Positions 29,971-39,934 of a DNA stretch of 64,000 nt are shown in pieces; positions within the stretch are counted from its first letter, which is position 1, and each line of letters begins with the position of its first letter. Both the position numbers and the translations under genes were made by a program. The notes beneath the pieces were generated by a model that was not told the origin of the DNA, did not search any database, and saw nothing but the letters and a program-made list of their open reading frames with translations. Source of the stretch: an uncultured Bacteroidales bacterium (GTDB lineage Bacteria; Bacteroidota; Bacteroidia; Bacteroidales; VadinHA17); contig CAWGUN010000013.1 in the NCBI GenBank assembly GCA_963825935.1, forward strand, positions 1,012,340 to 1,076,339, in the 5' to 3' direction.

Positions 29971-30672
29971 CTATTTGATTTTAAACACACTATCCTCTAT
30001 CGGGATATTAACTTCAACTTTTGTAAAGTTTGTTATAAATTCCATACCCTGTGCAGATGTGGTTGTTTTCATTGGCAATAAAACGCCGTCGGTTTCTTTG
30101 TAATCTGACGGGGTTGATTCAACAGTCATTGCCATACCCTGATTGTTAACGTCCATCAATGTTTTTACCAAAAGATATGAGCTCTTATCGATTAACATAT
30201 GCATTACGGTTCCGCCCTCTACAGTTGCTTTCAGTTTAAAAGCAGGGTTGCCGTTAACAGCTTCTTCCCCTTCGAGAGAAAGCTGGCCGCTTTTCAGATA
30301 TTTGTCCATATAGTTCTCGAATATGATGTTTCTCAGAAGTTGTTTGGCATCTGCTTCGCTCATTTCCACGGGATCAGTTGAACCTGCCATAGGGTTGACC
30401 ATATAACCCTTTTCACCATCAAAAAGCTGAATCATTTCCTGTCCGTTTATATTAGTAACAGTTTTGATCTTGTTTGGATTTTTCATCCACATTTCCATAG
30501 GCATTTCCATTCCCATCATCGACATATTGGCGGATATCTTAAGCGTTTTGATATCTGACATCTTGTCGAGCTTATTGGCAATAGTGTAGTTTTTTACGAT
30601 TTCTTCAAGCGATTGGGCATTTATGACCACAACTGCAAGGAGACAGGTGATGACTAAAAATAGTTTTTTCAT
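29971..30672 (-). CDS. LolA-like / outer-membrane lipoprotein-sorting family protein
   Basis: 233 aa with a signal peptide, Met-rich, with a beta-rich pattern. The family call is tentative. Confidence 0.45.
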   Translation of the reverse strand: MKKLFLVITCLLAVVVINAQSLEEIVKNYTIANKLDKMSDIKTLKISANMSMMGMEMPMEMWMKNPNKIKTVTNINGQEMIQLFDGEKGYMVNPMAGSTDPVEMSEADAKQLLRNIIFENYMDKYLKSGQLSLEGEEAVNGNPAFKLKATVEGGTVMHMLIDKSSYLLVKTLMDVNNQGMAMTVESTPSDYKETDGVLLPMKTTTSAQGMEFITNFTKVEVNIPIEDSVFKIK

Positions 30673-30689
30673 AATTCTTTTGTTAATTG

Positions 30690-31523
30690 TTAATTGTTAA
30701 ATGAATTTATTGTCGTTCTGATTGCAACGAGCTTTTTCAGCAGTTTTTCCATCTCCGACAGGTGAAGCATGTTTGCACCGTCCGATTTTGCATTTGCCGG
30801 ATCAGGATGTGTTTCTATAAAAATACCATCAGCACCAACGCTTATAGCAGCTTTACCTATTGTCTCGATCATTTCAGGCATCCCTCCTGAGACACCTGCT
30901 TCCTGGTTTGGCTGCTGAAGAGAATGTGTGATATCCATTATTACAGGGACTCCGTTTTTTTGCATTATTGGAATATTCCTGAAATCTACGACAATATCCT
31001 GGTACCCAAACATATTGCCGCGATCAGTCACCATTATGTTATTATTCCCGGAATCCCTTACTTTACCTATAGCATACTTCATTGAAGATCCTGATAAGAA
31101 CTGCCCTTTCTTGATATTTATCCACTTCCCCGTTTTTGCAGCAGCGATAAGAAGATCAGTCTGCCTGCACAGGAATGCAGGTATCTGAAGAATATCAACA
31201 TATTGTGCTGCAACTTTTGCTTCATCAGGGTTGTGTATATCTGTAATTACAGGAACAGAAAATCTTTTCCTTACATCGGCTAATATTTTTAAAGCTTTGA
31301 TATCTCCTATACCGGAAAAGGAATCGACCTTCGACCGGTTCGCCTTCCTGTAGGAGGCCTTAAACACAAAAGGTATCCGGTATTTGTCGGAGAGCTTTAC
31401 GAGATGCCCGGCAATATCGAAAACAATCTCTTCACCCTCAACAACACAAGGCCCTGCAATCAGTAGAAAATTATCCGTTTTCCCGTATTTAATCCCGGGG
31501 ATATCTATTCCGCTTCTGTTCAT
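30690..31523 (-). CDS. kdsA: 3-deoxy-8-phosphooctulonate (KDO-8-P) synthase
   Basis: 277 aa with IAGPCVVE, FKASYRKANRS, LQIPAFLCRQTDL and DITHSLQ. Confidence 0.9.
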   Translation of the reverse strand: MNRSGIDIPGIKYGKTDNFLLIAGPCVVEGEEIVFDIAGHLVKLSDKYRIPFVFKASYRKANRSKVDSFSGIGDIKALKILADVRKRFSVPVITDIHNPDEAKVAAQYVDILQIPAFLCRQTDLLIAAAKTGKWINIKKGQFLSGSSMKYAIGKVRDSGNNNIMVTDRGNMFGYQDIVVDFRNIPIMQKNGVPVIMDITHSLQQPNQEAGVSGGMPEMIETIGKAAISVGADGIFIETHPDPANAKSDGANMLHLSEMEKLLKKLVAIRTTINSFNN

Positions 31524-31543
31524 TCAGGTGTAAAGTTAACGAT

Positions 31544-32842
31544 TTATTTATCGTAATCGTATATATCCTTCCACAGACCGTTTAACCTTTTTCTTATATC
31601 TTCTTCTTTAGGATTAATTCCGGGATCATAAAACTTTGCACCTTTCAGCTCATCTGGCAGGTAATTTTCCTTAACAAAATTGCCCTCAAAGCTATGTGCA
31701 TATTTATAACCTTTATGGTACCCGAGATCTTTCATAAGTTTTGTTGGTGCATTTCGTAAATGAAGAGGCACCGGAAGATCACCCTTCTCTTTTACTGATT
31801 CAATTGCCCCTTCAATTGCCATGTATGAAGCATTGCTTTTAGGTGAAGTGGCCAGGTAAACGGCTGCTTCCGAGAGAATTATTCTAGATTCGGGCCACCC
31901 GATCACATTCACTGCTTCAAAGCAGGCCTGTGCCAGCAGCAGTGCATTTGGGTTAGCCAATCCGATATCTTCCGCAGCAAGTATTAACATGCGTCTCGCA
32001 ATGAATTTAGGATCTTCGCCGCCTTCAACCATTCTTGCGAGCCAGTAGACCGCCGCATTGGGATCGCTTCCTCTCATGGACTTAATAAAAGCAGAGATAA
32101 TATCATAATGCTGTTCACCATTTTTATCGTACAGTGCCAGGTTCTTCTGGACATGTCTAAGAACCTTCTCATTGGTAATAATAATTGTTCCTGAGCCTTC
32201 TATATCTGCTTCAGAAGAAACGACAAGTTCCAGGGCGTTATATAATTTTCTTGCATCTCCTCCGGAAACGCGTATTAGAGCCTCCTGCTCCTCAACCTTA
32301 ATATCAAAAGCAGCGAGGTATGTATCCTTTTTTAAGGCCCTGTTCATCAATTCAATAAGGTTTTCTTCATTAAGGGGCTTCATAACATAGACCTGGCAAC
32401 GTGAAAGGAGAGGAGAAATCACTTCAAATGACGGGTTCTCAGTTGTGGCACCTATAAGTGTGATAATTCCCTGCTCGACAGCGCTCAGCAAAGAATCCTG
32501 TTGTGATTTATTGAAGCGGTGAATTTCATCAATGAATAATATTGCATTTGGCTGGTTGAAGAATTGCTGCTTCTTTGCTTTTTCTATTGTTTCCCTGACA
32601 TCTTTTACTCCGGAATGTACGGCACTGAGGTGGAAAAACGGCCGTTTTAGCCTGTTGGCAATTATCGATGCTAGAGTTGTTTTCCCAACCCCCGGAGGGC
32701 CCCATAATATAAATGACGGAATACTTCCTGATTCAATCACCCTTCTCAGAACAGCATTTTCCCCGACAAGGTGCTCCTGGCCACAGAACTCATCAAGGTC
32801 CTTTGGCCTCAGCCTTTCGGCGAGAGGTTGATTTGGCAGCAT
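31544..32842 (-). CDS. rarA: Replication-associated recombination protein A (AAA+)
   Basis: PLAERLRP, Walker A GPPGVGKTT, FIDEIHRFNK, and the C-terminal MgsA domain. Start chosen at MLPNQ. Confidence 0.9.
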   Translation of the reverse strand: MLPNQPLAERLRPKDLDEFCGQEHLVGENAVLRRVIESGSIPSFILWGPPGVGKTTLASIIANRLKRPFFHLSAVHSGVKDVRETIEKAKKQQFFNQPNAILFIDEIHRFNKSQQDSLLSAVEQGIITLIGATTENPSFEVISPLLSRCQVYVMKPLNEENLIELMNRALKKDTYLAAFDIKVEEQEALIRVSGGDARKLYNALELVVSSEADIEGSGTIIITNEKVLRHVQKNLALYDKNGEQHYDIISAFIKSMRGSDPNAAVYWLARMVEGGEDPKFIARRMLILAAEDIGLANPNALLLAQACFEAVNVIGWPESRIILSEAAVYLATSPKSNASYMAIEGAIESVKEKGDLPVPLHLRNAPTKLMKDLGYHKGYKYAHSFEGNFVKENYLPDELKGAKFYDPGINPKEEDIRKRLNGLWKDIYDYDK

Positions 32843-32896
32843 AATATTAAGTTTGTGTAAAAATAATAAATTTGATATCAAAATATAAATATTATC

Positions 32897-34624
32897 ATGA
32901 ACAGATTATTGCCTGTTGTTTTAATCCTGGCTTTAATGCCGGGGTGTACCGGAAGAAGAGACACTAAGCATGGCGTTTCTGCTGAAACCGTTGAAGGTCA
33001 TAGTGTTATTGCCAGCCATGGAATGGTCGTTTCTGCACATCCGCAAAGCTCACAGATAGGAGTATCGGTTCTGCAGAAAGGCGGAAATGCGGTCGATGCA
33101 GCTGTCGCAACTGAATTTGCCATGGCTGTCTGTTATCCCGGAGCCGGGAATTTAGGTGGAGGAGGATTTATGTTGATCAGGACCACTGATGGAACGACAG
33201 ATTTTATTGACTACCGCGAAAAAGCTCCGCTTCAGGCTTCACGTGATATGTACCTTGGACCTGACGGAACAGTCATTAATGGTTTGACAACGGAAACACA
33301 TCTTGCATCAGGTGTCCCCGGCACTGTCGATGGCATGGTAACGATTCATTCAAAATATGGAAAGCTGGCCTTTAGAGAGGTGATTCAGCCTGCAATTGAC
33401 CTTGCAAGAAACGGCTTTAAAGTGACAAAGGATCAGGCAGAATCATTTAACTATAACCGTGATAACTTTCTTAAGAAAAACAAAAACAGACCGGCATATG
33501 TAAAAGATTCGGACTGGAAAGAGGGAGATATTCTCATTCAGCCCGATCTTGCAGAGACACTTGAAAGAATAAGAGATAATGGGAGAGATGGATTTTACTC
33601 CGGAAAAACAGCACAAATGATTATCAATGAGATGCATAGAGGCAATGGAATAATCTCGGAACAGGATATGAAGGAATATAAGTCAATATTCCGTACACCC
33701 CTGACAGGTTATTACAGGGGTTACAGGCTGATTTCTGCCCCTCCTCCGTCAGGGGGTGGATTAATACTGCTGCAGGTTCTGGGAATGATAGAACCGTATC
33801 CGGTAGGGGATTGGGGCTTCCATTCCGTGAAGGCTGTACATCTTATAGCTGAGGCTGAGAAAAGGGCTTTTGCTGACCGGGCAGAATATTCAGGCGATCC
33901 TGATTTTGTAAAAATCCCGGTCAAAGGGCTGCTTAACCGCGAGTACCTGTCATCCCGGCTTGATGATTTCAATGAGAACAGGGCATCTTTATCATCTGAA
34001 ATATTTGCAGGATCTCCAGCAGGATACGAAAGTGAAGAGACAACACATTATACTGTTGTTGATAAGGATGGTAATGCTGTTGCGGCAACAACCACTCTGA
34101 ACGGATGGTTTGGCAACAGTATTGTAGTTGATGGTGCCGGATTCCTGTTAAACAACGAGATGGACGATTTTTCTGTTAAACCAGGGATCCCGAATATGTC
34201 CGGCCTTATTGGAAATGAAGCAAATTCAATTAAGCCCGGAAAACGAATGTTAAGCTCCATGACACCCACTATTGTTGAAAAAGATGGAAAACTTTTTCTC
34301 ACAGCCGGTTCTCCGGGGAGTTCTACAATCCCGACATCTGTTCTTCAGGTTATAAGTAACGTGATCGATTATGGTATGAGTATCAGTCAGGCTGTTGATA
34401 CCGGTAGATTTCACCACCAGTGGCTGCCTGACTGCATCTATTTTGAAAACAATGGCAGAGACGCAATGCTTTCCGTTTCTGCCATTGATTCTTTGAAAGA
34501 AATGGGACATGTTATGGTTGAACGGTCAGCTATCGGAAGAGTGAACGCTGTTTTGATCCTTCCGGATGGACGAATTGCCGCTGCAGCTGACAAGAGGGGC
34601 GATAACTCAGCATGCGGGTACTGA
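32897..34624 (+). CDS. ggt: Gamma-glutamyltransferase
   Basis: 575 aa with a signal/lipobox (MPGC), the autoprocessing Thr in ETTHYTVVD, and GSPGSSTI. Confidence 0.9.
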   Translation: MNRLLPVVLILALMPGCTGRRDTKHGVSAETVEGHSVIASHGMVVSAHPQSSQIGVSVLQKGGNAVDAAVATEFAMAVCYPGAGNLGGGGFMLIRTTDGTTDFIDYREKAPLQASRDMYLGPDGTVINGLTTETHLASGVPGTVDGMVTIHSKYGKLAFREVIQPAIDLARNGFKVTKDQAESFNYNRDNFLKKNKNRPAYVKDSDWKEGDILIQPDLAETLERIRDNGRDGFYSGKTAQMIINEMHRGNGIISEQDMKEYKSIFRTPLTGYYRGYRLISAPPPSGGGLILLQVLGMIEPYPVGDWGFHSVKAVHLIAEAEKRAFADRAEYSGDPDFVKIPVKGLLNREYLSSRLDDFNENRASLSSEIFAGSPAGYESEETTHYTVVDKDGNAVAATTTLNGWFGNSIVVDGAGFLLNNEMDDFSVKPGIPNMSGLIGNEANSIKPGKRMLSSMTPTIVEKDGKLFLTAGSPGSSTIPTSVLQVISNVIDYGMSISQAVDTGRFHHQWLPDCIYFENNGRDAMLSVSAIDSLKEMGHVMVERSAIGRVNAVLILPDGRIAAAADKRGDNSACGY

Positions 34625-34776
34625 CATTTTTAATGTTGAATAATTTTTACTAAATTGCTTCAATTTTATTTTCATTAAGAAAAATAAATTAATACTTTTA
34701 ACAGTTGAATTATAGATATAATAGTACTTTCCATATAGTTTACTATATTTGAATACTTTCAGATATTAATTCAGTT

Positions 34777-35943
34777 ATGAAAAAACCTCTGCTTATAGTA
34801 GTAATAGTTCTGGCGGTGATTCTTGTCCTGCCGGTAATAAGCCTCTTACGATGGACTTTTCAACCTAAAAAGCCCATGAGTATAATTATCGTAGATAAGA
34901 CGGTTCCCACGCTTGAACGCGTAAAGCATAAGTCTTTTAACTGGATTTTAACGTATGACAGATTTGTTAAGAAAGAGAATAAAACCTCATATTCCTACAG
35001 AAAAGATTATTTTGGATTCTTCCCTACACGTCCTCTAAGAGACAGGCTCTGGGATCAGAGAAGACTCTCTTTGGAAGATATTGGCGGGGAACTTGGCAAA
35101 AATACTGAGGCAGTCTATTTTACAGATACTTATGGGGTATTTTTTAATGACTGGGTTCAGGTAATGAATAAAAGCCGTAAATCAAGAAGGCTTTACGGAG
35201 GACTAAATACTAACGATAACGTCCTTTTGAAAATGATGAAGGACAGTAACAGGCTTATGATTCTCGAATATAATGCTTTTGATTATCCGACAGACGAACT
35301 CAATTCCGATAGAATCCAGGGCAGGCTTGGAATCACATTTTCAGGGTGGACAGGAAAATACTTTAGCTCGCTCGATACTGCAGCAAAGGGGAATAAAGAT
35401 TTTCCGATCTGGATGACCAGTATGTACAGGAAACAGTTTAAGAAACCATGGACATTCACAAAACCGGGTCTGGTTATCTTGAGCGACAAAGCTATTCTGG
35501 TCCTTGAAGAAGGAAATACTCTGAATAAAGCTTTGCCTGTGATCGTTACCGATTCTGCATATTGTGCTAAATATAAACTGCCGGAATCCGTTCCTTTCGA
35601 TCAATGGTTCGATATAATTGATCCCCTTGCAAATAATGTTATCTCTAAATTTAAGATCGAAACCAGCAGCCTGGGAGATTCATTGCTTACTGAATATGGC
35701 CTGACAAATGAATTCCCTGCTGCAATTCAGGACCCTGGTGCACAAAAAGCTTACTATTTTTCCGGTGATTTTACCTACAAAAATATTCCCCCCTGGACCG
35801 CCAGATTCAAAGGAATTGATAAACTGAAGGGGATACTTTATTCAAAAAGACCTGATGATACCAGAAGATTTTTCTGGCTCTATTACAAACCTCTTATTGA
35901 AGGGATATTTACCGATTACTATAATTCTTTACCAAAAAAATAG
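34777..35943 (+). CDS. Hypothetical membrane-anchored protein
   Basis: 388 aa with a single N-terminal TM helix. I do not recognise any motifs. Confidence 0.5.
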   Translation: MKKPLLIVVIVLAVILVLPVISLLRWTFQPKKPMSIIIVDKTVPTLERVKHKSFNWILTYDRFVKKENKTSYSYRKDYFGFFPTRPLRDRLWDQRRLSLEDIGGELGKNTEAVYFTDTYGVFFNDWVQVMNKSRKSRRLYGGLNTNDNVLLKMMKDSNRLMILEYNAFDYPTDELNSDRIQGRLGITFSGWTGKYFSSLDTAAKGNKDFPIWMTSMYRKQFKKPWTFTKPGLVILSDKAILVLEEGNTLNKALPVIVTDSAYCAKYKLPESVPFDQWFDIIDPLANNVISKFKIETSSLGDSLLTEYGLTNEFPAAIQDPGAQKAYYFSGDFTYKNIPPWTARFKGIDKLKGILYSKRPDDTRRFFWLYYKPLIEGIFTDYYNSLPKK

Positions 35944-35972
35944 AACTTCTTCTGATATTATGATTTGGAAAA

Positions 35973-36006
35973 GTGCAGGTAAAAACAAATACCTGTACTT
36001 TTTTTA
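35973..36006 (+). terminator. Intrinsic terminator
   Basis: GTGCAGGTA, 8-nt loop, TACCTGTAC, then a T8 run. Confidence 0.75.
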
Positions 36007-36041
36007 TATAAGTGCTTATCTGATCTAAAATTATACCGATA

Positions 36042-36809
36042 ATGAAGGTTTCAATTATACAGCCCGATATTGCCTGGGAAGACAAATCAGGGAATTTTGC
36101 GAAAATTGAAAAGACACTCGACCATATTAAGGGTTCCGATATTGTGATTCTACCTGAAATGTTCAACACAGGTTTCACAATGAATACTGCCAGGATGGGT
36201 GAGCCGCCCGCTTCAGAAACATTTGACTGGATGATCCACTTCTCTGAGAAAGGGCATTTTGGTCTCTGTGGCAGCTATATTGTAAAGGAAAGAAGCCGGT
36301 ATTTCAACAGGTGGATATTTGTCACCCCTGAAAAGAATTCATGGCATTATGACAAACGTCATTTATTCACGATGGGTGGAGAAGAGAAAGCCTTTACACC
36401 CGGTAAAAAGAGAATTACTTTCAAATTCAGAGGCATCAGGATCCTGCCGAATGTCTGCTATGATCTAAGGTTCCCTGTCTGGAGCAGGAACAGGAATGAC
36501 TACGACCTTATGATTAATTCGGCATGCTGGCCTGCCTCACGAAGTAGTGTATGGATAACACTTCTAAAAGCCAGGTCAATTGAGAATCAATGTTTTGTTG
36601 CAGGCGCAAATAGAATTGGCATCGATGGAGAAGGAATTAAATATTGTGGCGAATCAATGATAATAAATCCTTATGGTGAAATCATTTCTTCATCCAAACG
36701 CAATGAAGAGAGTATTATTTCGGCCGAAATATCTATAAATGAATTATCAGCATTCCGGAAAAAATTCCCTGTTCTTAAAGATGCCGACGATTTTACGATC
36801 CACCCCTAA
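36042..36809 (+). CDS. Carbon-nitrogen hydrolase family amidase (YafV/omega-amidase-like)
   Basis: 255 aa with the catalytic triad context PEMFNTGF (Glu), a Lys, and VCYDLRFP (Cys). Confidence 0.75.
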   Translation: MKVSIIQPDIAWEDKSGNFAKIEKTLDHIKGSDIVILPEMFNTGFTMNTARMGEPPASETFDWMIHFSEKGHFGLCGSYIVKERSRYFNRWIFVTPEKNSWHYDKRHLFTMGGEEKAFTPGKKRITFKFRGIRILPNVCYDLRFPVWSRNRNDYDLMINSACWPASRSSVWITLLKARSIENQCFVAGANRIGIDGEGIKYCGESMIINPYGEIISSSKRNEESIISAEISINELSAFRKKFPVLKDADDFTIHP

Positions 36810-36825
36810 TTTTCACCTCACAACT

Positions 36826-36861
36826 TTCTTGTCTTCTTGTTTCTTGTTTCTTGTTTCTTGT
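36826..36861. repeat. Heptanucleotide microsatellite (TTCTTGT)x5
   Basis: Copies at 36826, 36834, 36841, 36848 and 36855, with one extra C after the first copy. Confidence 0.9.
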
Positions 36862-36862
36862 T

Positions 36863-39802
36863 CTATTTCTTCAACGCTCTAAATAAAATCTCCACCGGAT
36901 GATAAGCTTTTTTTCCGGTACCGTCTTTTATATGATGCCTGCAACTCGTCCCCGGAGCTGCAATAATTATTTTATCACCGGCCTCTCTTATTTCAGGAAA
37001 CAAAACCATTTCCCCGATTTTATTCGACAGATCAAAATGTTCTTTCTCATAACCAAACGAACCGGCCATCCCGCAGCATCCCGATGGTATCTCTCTGACT
37101 TTGTAATTAGCTGGAATAGATAGCATTGTAACAGTGTCTGCTGAAGATGAGACAGCTTTTTGCTGACAATGGGCATGAAGAATTATTTCAGCTTCCACCT
37201 CTGCGAATGATTCTCTTTTTATTCTTCCGGACAGGAATTCGTCCGCAATAAATTCATCTATCATATAACTATTTCGGGATATTTTTTCAGCATCTTCCCT
37301 GAGATCATTTCCGGCAAGATCAGGGTACTCATCCCTGAAGCCTAATATAGCCGATGGTTCTATTCCTATAAGAGGAAGCTCTTTGTTGATTGTTCCGGAA
37401 AATGCTTTGATGTTATTCCTTACTATCCTTCTTGCTTTCCTGATAAACCCTTTTGAAATAAATGTTCTGGCACTGTCGTCATGGACAACAGTTTTTACTT
37501 TGTAACCCAATGAAGTCAGCAGCTTTACAGCCGTTATACCGATCCCGGTATCATTGTAATTTGTAAACTCGTCAACAAACAGGCATACCGAACCTATTGG
37601 ATTAACAGGGTTAATTGATCTCAGGTTCTTCCGGATCCATCTTCTGAGGGTCATCCGTGACAATAAGGGTATAGATCTTTCTTTAGCGATCCCTGTTATT
37701 GTTTTGATTATGAAAGCGGTTGCTTTGTTGCTTACAAAAAAATTAAACATCACAGGTAAAAGGGATCCTATCTTATTAATTGTTGATATATAGGCAATTA
37801 ACATGGTCCGTAGTGGAATGCCGTGTTTATCATACCAGTGCTGGAGAAATTCTGACTTTAGTTTTGCAATATCAACTCCGGAAGGGCACTCAGATTTACA
37901 TCCTTTGCATGAAATACATAGATCGAGCACCTCATAAATTTCACTATGATCCCACGGATTATTTTCATCTGCTGAAAGAAACTCCCTGAGGATGTTTGCC
38001 CTGGCCCGGGTGCAGTTCTTTTCTACCAAAGTTGCCATAAACGTAGGGCACATGGTTCCACCGATAATTTTTGTTTTGCGGCAATCGCCCGATCCGTTGC
38101 ATTTTTCTGCAGCTCTGATAATTCCATCCGTTGAGGAAAAATCAAAAATAGTGCTGATATCCGGAGTCTTTTTTCCGGGAATGTACCTCAGGGATGTATT
38201 CATCTGAGGTGTATCTGTTATCTTCCCGGGATTCAGGATATTATCCGGATCCCAGCATTTCCTGACCTCTTTGAGAAGATTATAATTATGCTCTCCGATT
38301 ATTATCGGAATGAATTCACCCCTGAGCCTTCCATCTCCATGCTCACCGCTTATCGACCCCCTGTACTTCTTTACAATTTTTGCAGTTTCAATCCCGAGTG
38401 TTCTGAAGAGCCCGACATCAGCCGGATCTTTCAGATTAAGAATAGGCCTTATATGAAGTTCTCCTGTTCCGATATGTGCATGATAAACAACCTCTTTCCC
38501 ATAACCTGCAAGCATTTTCTCAAAATCTGCAATGTAATCCGGCATTTGTCCGACATTTATTGCAGTATCCTCAATTAGAGATACCGGCTTCGCATCTCCT
38601 TTCATATTTGTGAGTACACCAAGTCCGGACTTCCGCAGATCCCATACTTTTGTAATATCCCTGCCCTTAACAACCGGAAATGAATATCCGTACCCGGACA
38701 ACTTTAATTCATTAATCATTTCCTTAGTAACCTTGTCGATTTCCGAAGGAGTATTCCCGGTGAATTCCACAATCACAACTGCTGCCGGCTTACCTTCAAG
38801 AAAGAATCTGTTATTCCTCTGGCTTATATTGTTTTCTGTCAGTTCAAGGATTTTATCATCCATCATCTCAACGGCATCGGGATGATACTTTAATGCGATC
38901 AGGTTGGCCAGGAAGGCATCGTTCCGTTTTGCCAGATGAATACAAACAAGGGCTTTGTCTGGCAGCGGTAATTTAACAAGATTCAGCTTTATTTCAGTGG
39001 TAATTGCAAGAGTCCCCTCAGAGCCGGCCAGGAGTTTGCATAAGTTAAACTTCTGGTCCGAATTCTCATCAAAAATCTCATTATTCAGTAAAAGATCCAG
39101 GGCATAACCTGTATTTCTTCTTTGAATAGCAGGATCAGGGTAACCTTCTTTTATTTGTGTCCTGTTAACAGGGTCATCTAAAATCTTTTTTATTGTCCTG
39201 TAAATATTTCCTTCAAGATCATGCTGAAGACATTTTGAATTGAAGGCAGGTTTATCAACCGGCCCGAAAACCGGTTCGCTTCCATCGCTCAGCATTACTT
39301 TCAATTCGATGGTGTGATCTCTTGTTGATCCGTAAATAAGTGAATGAGAGCCACATGAGTTATTTCCAACCATTCCTCCCATGTTGCATCTGTTCGATGT
39401 GGAAGTTTCGGGCCCGAAGAACAATCCATGCTTTTTAAGCTCAAGGTTCAGCTCATCAAGGACAACACCGGGCTCAACTCTTACCCACATCTCCTCCTTG
39501 TTTATCTCAATAATCCTTTTCATGTATCTTGAGATATCGACAATAATCCCTCCGCTTACTACCTGGCCTGCAAGTGATGTCCCAGCTGCCCTTAGGGTAA
39601 GGCTTGTCTTTTCTCCGGATGCGAATGCAAGTATCTTCTTCAGGTCATTTTTCCCTTTCGGCCAGATAACAGCTAACGGCTGCTCTTTATAAACAGATGC
39701 ATCGGTAGCATAAATAGTCCTTGTGATATTATCATATTTAAGGTCACCATCCAGGTCTCTGGCAAGTGAATCGAGTCGCGGGAATATTGTATTGTTTTCC
39801 AT
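36863..39802 (-). CDS. FAD-binding oxidase fused to an Fe-S / CCG-domain module (YdiJ / GlcD-GlcF fusion-like 2-hydroxyacid dehydrogenase)
   Basis: 979 aa with an N-terminal FAD_binding_4-type domain, CISCKGCKSECP (4Fe-4S), and C-terminal CCGMAGSFG (CCG motifs). Confidence 0.75.
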   Translation of the reverse strand: MENNTIFPRLDSLARDLDGDLKYDNITRTIYATDASVYKEQPLAVIWPKGKNDLKKILAFASGEKTSLTLRAAGTSLAGQVVSGGIIVDISRYMKRIIEINKEEMWVRVEPGVVLDELNLELKKHGLFFGPETSTSNRCNMGGMVGNNSCGSHSLIYGSTRDHTIELKVMLSDGSEPVFGPVDKPAFNSKCLQHDLEGNIYRTIKKILDDPVNRTQIKEGYPDPAIQRRNTGYALDLLLNNEIFDENSDQKFNLCKLLAGSEGTLAITTEIKLNLVKLPLPDKALVCIHLAKRNDAFLANLIALKYHPDAVEMMDDKILELTENNISQRNNRFFLEGKPAAVVIVEFTGNTPSEIDKVTKEMINELKLSGYGYSFPVVKGRDITKVWDLRKSGLGVLTNMKGDAKPVSLIEDTAINVGQMPDYIADFEKMLAGYGKEVVYHAHIGTGELHIRPILNLKDPADVGLFRTLGIETAKIVKKYRGSISGEHGDGRLRGEFIPIIIGEHNYNLLKEVRKCWDPDNILNPGKITDTPQMNTSLRYIPGKKTPDISTIFDFSSTDGIIRAAEKCNGSGDCRKTKIIGGTMCPTFMATLVEKNCTRARANILREFLSADENNPWDHSEIYEVLDLCISCKGCKSECPSGVDIAKLKSEFLQHWYDKHGIPLRTMLIAYISTINKIGSLLPVMFNFFVSNKATAFIIKTITGIAKERSIPLLSRMTLRRWIRKNLRSINPVNPIGSVCLFVDEFTNYNDTGIGITAVKLLTSLGYKVKTVVHDDSARTFISKGFIRKARRIVRNNIKAFSGTINKELPLIGIEPSAILGFRDEYPDLAGNDLREDAEKISRNSYMIDEFIADEFLSGRIKRESFAEVEAEIILHAHCQQKAVSSSADTVTMLSIPANYKVREIPSGCCGMAGSFGYEKEHFDLSNKIGEMVLFPEIREAGDKIIIAAPGTSCRHHIKDGTGKKAYHPVEILFRALKK

Positions 39803-39934
39803 CCTTTATTACGATCTGCTAATTTAAAAAAATTAAAATTCTGACAATAATCATGTATTGCAAAATTGTAAAATCGGACTTTTTATTCGTACATTTAGAA
39901 AATATTTTCGAATATATTAAAATCTTGATACACA

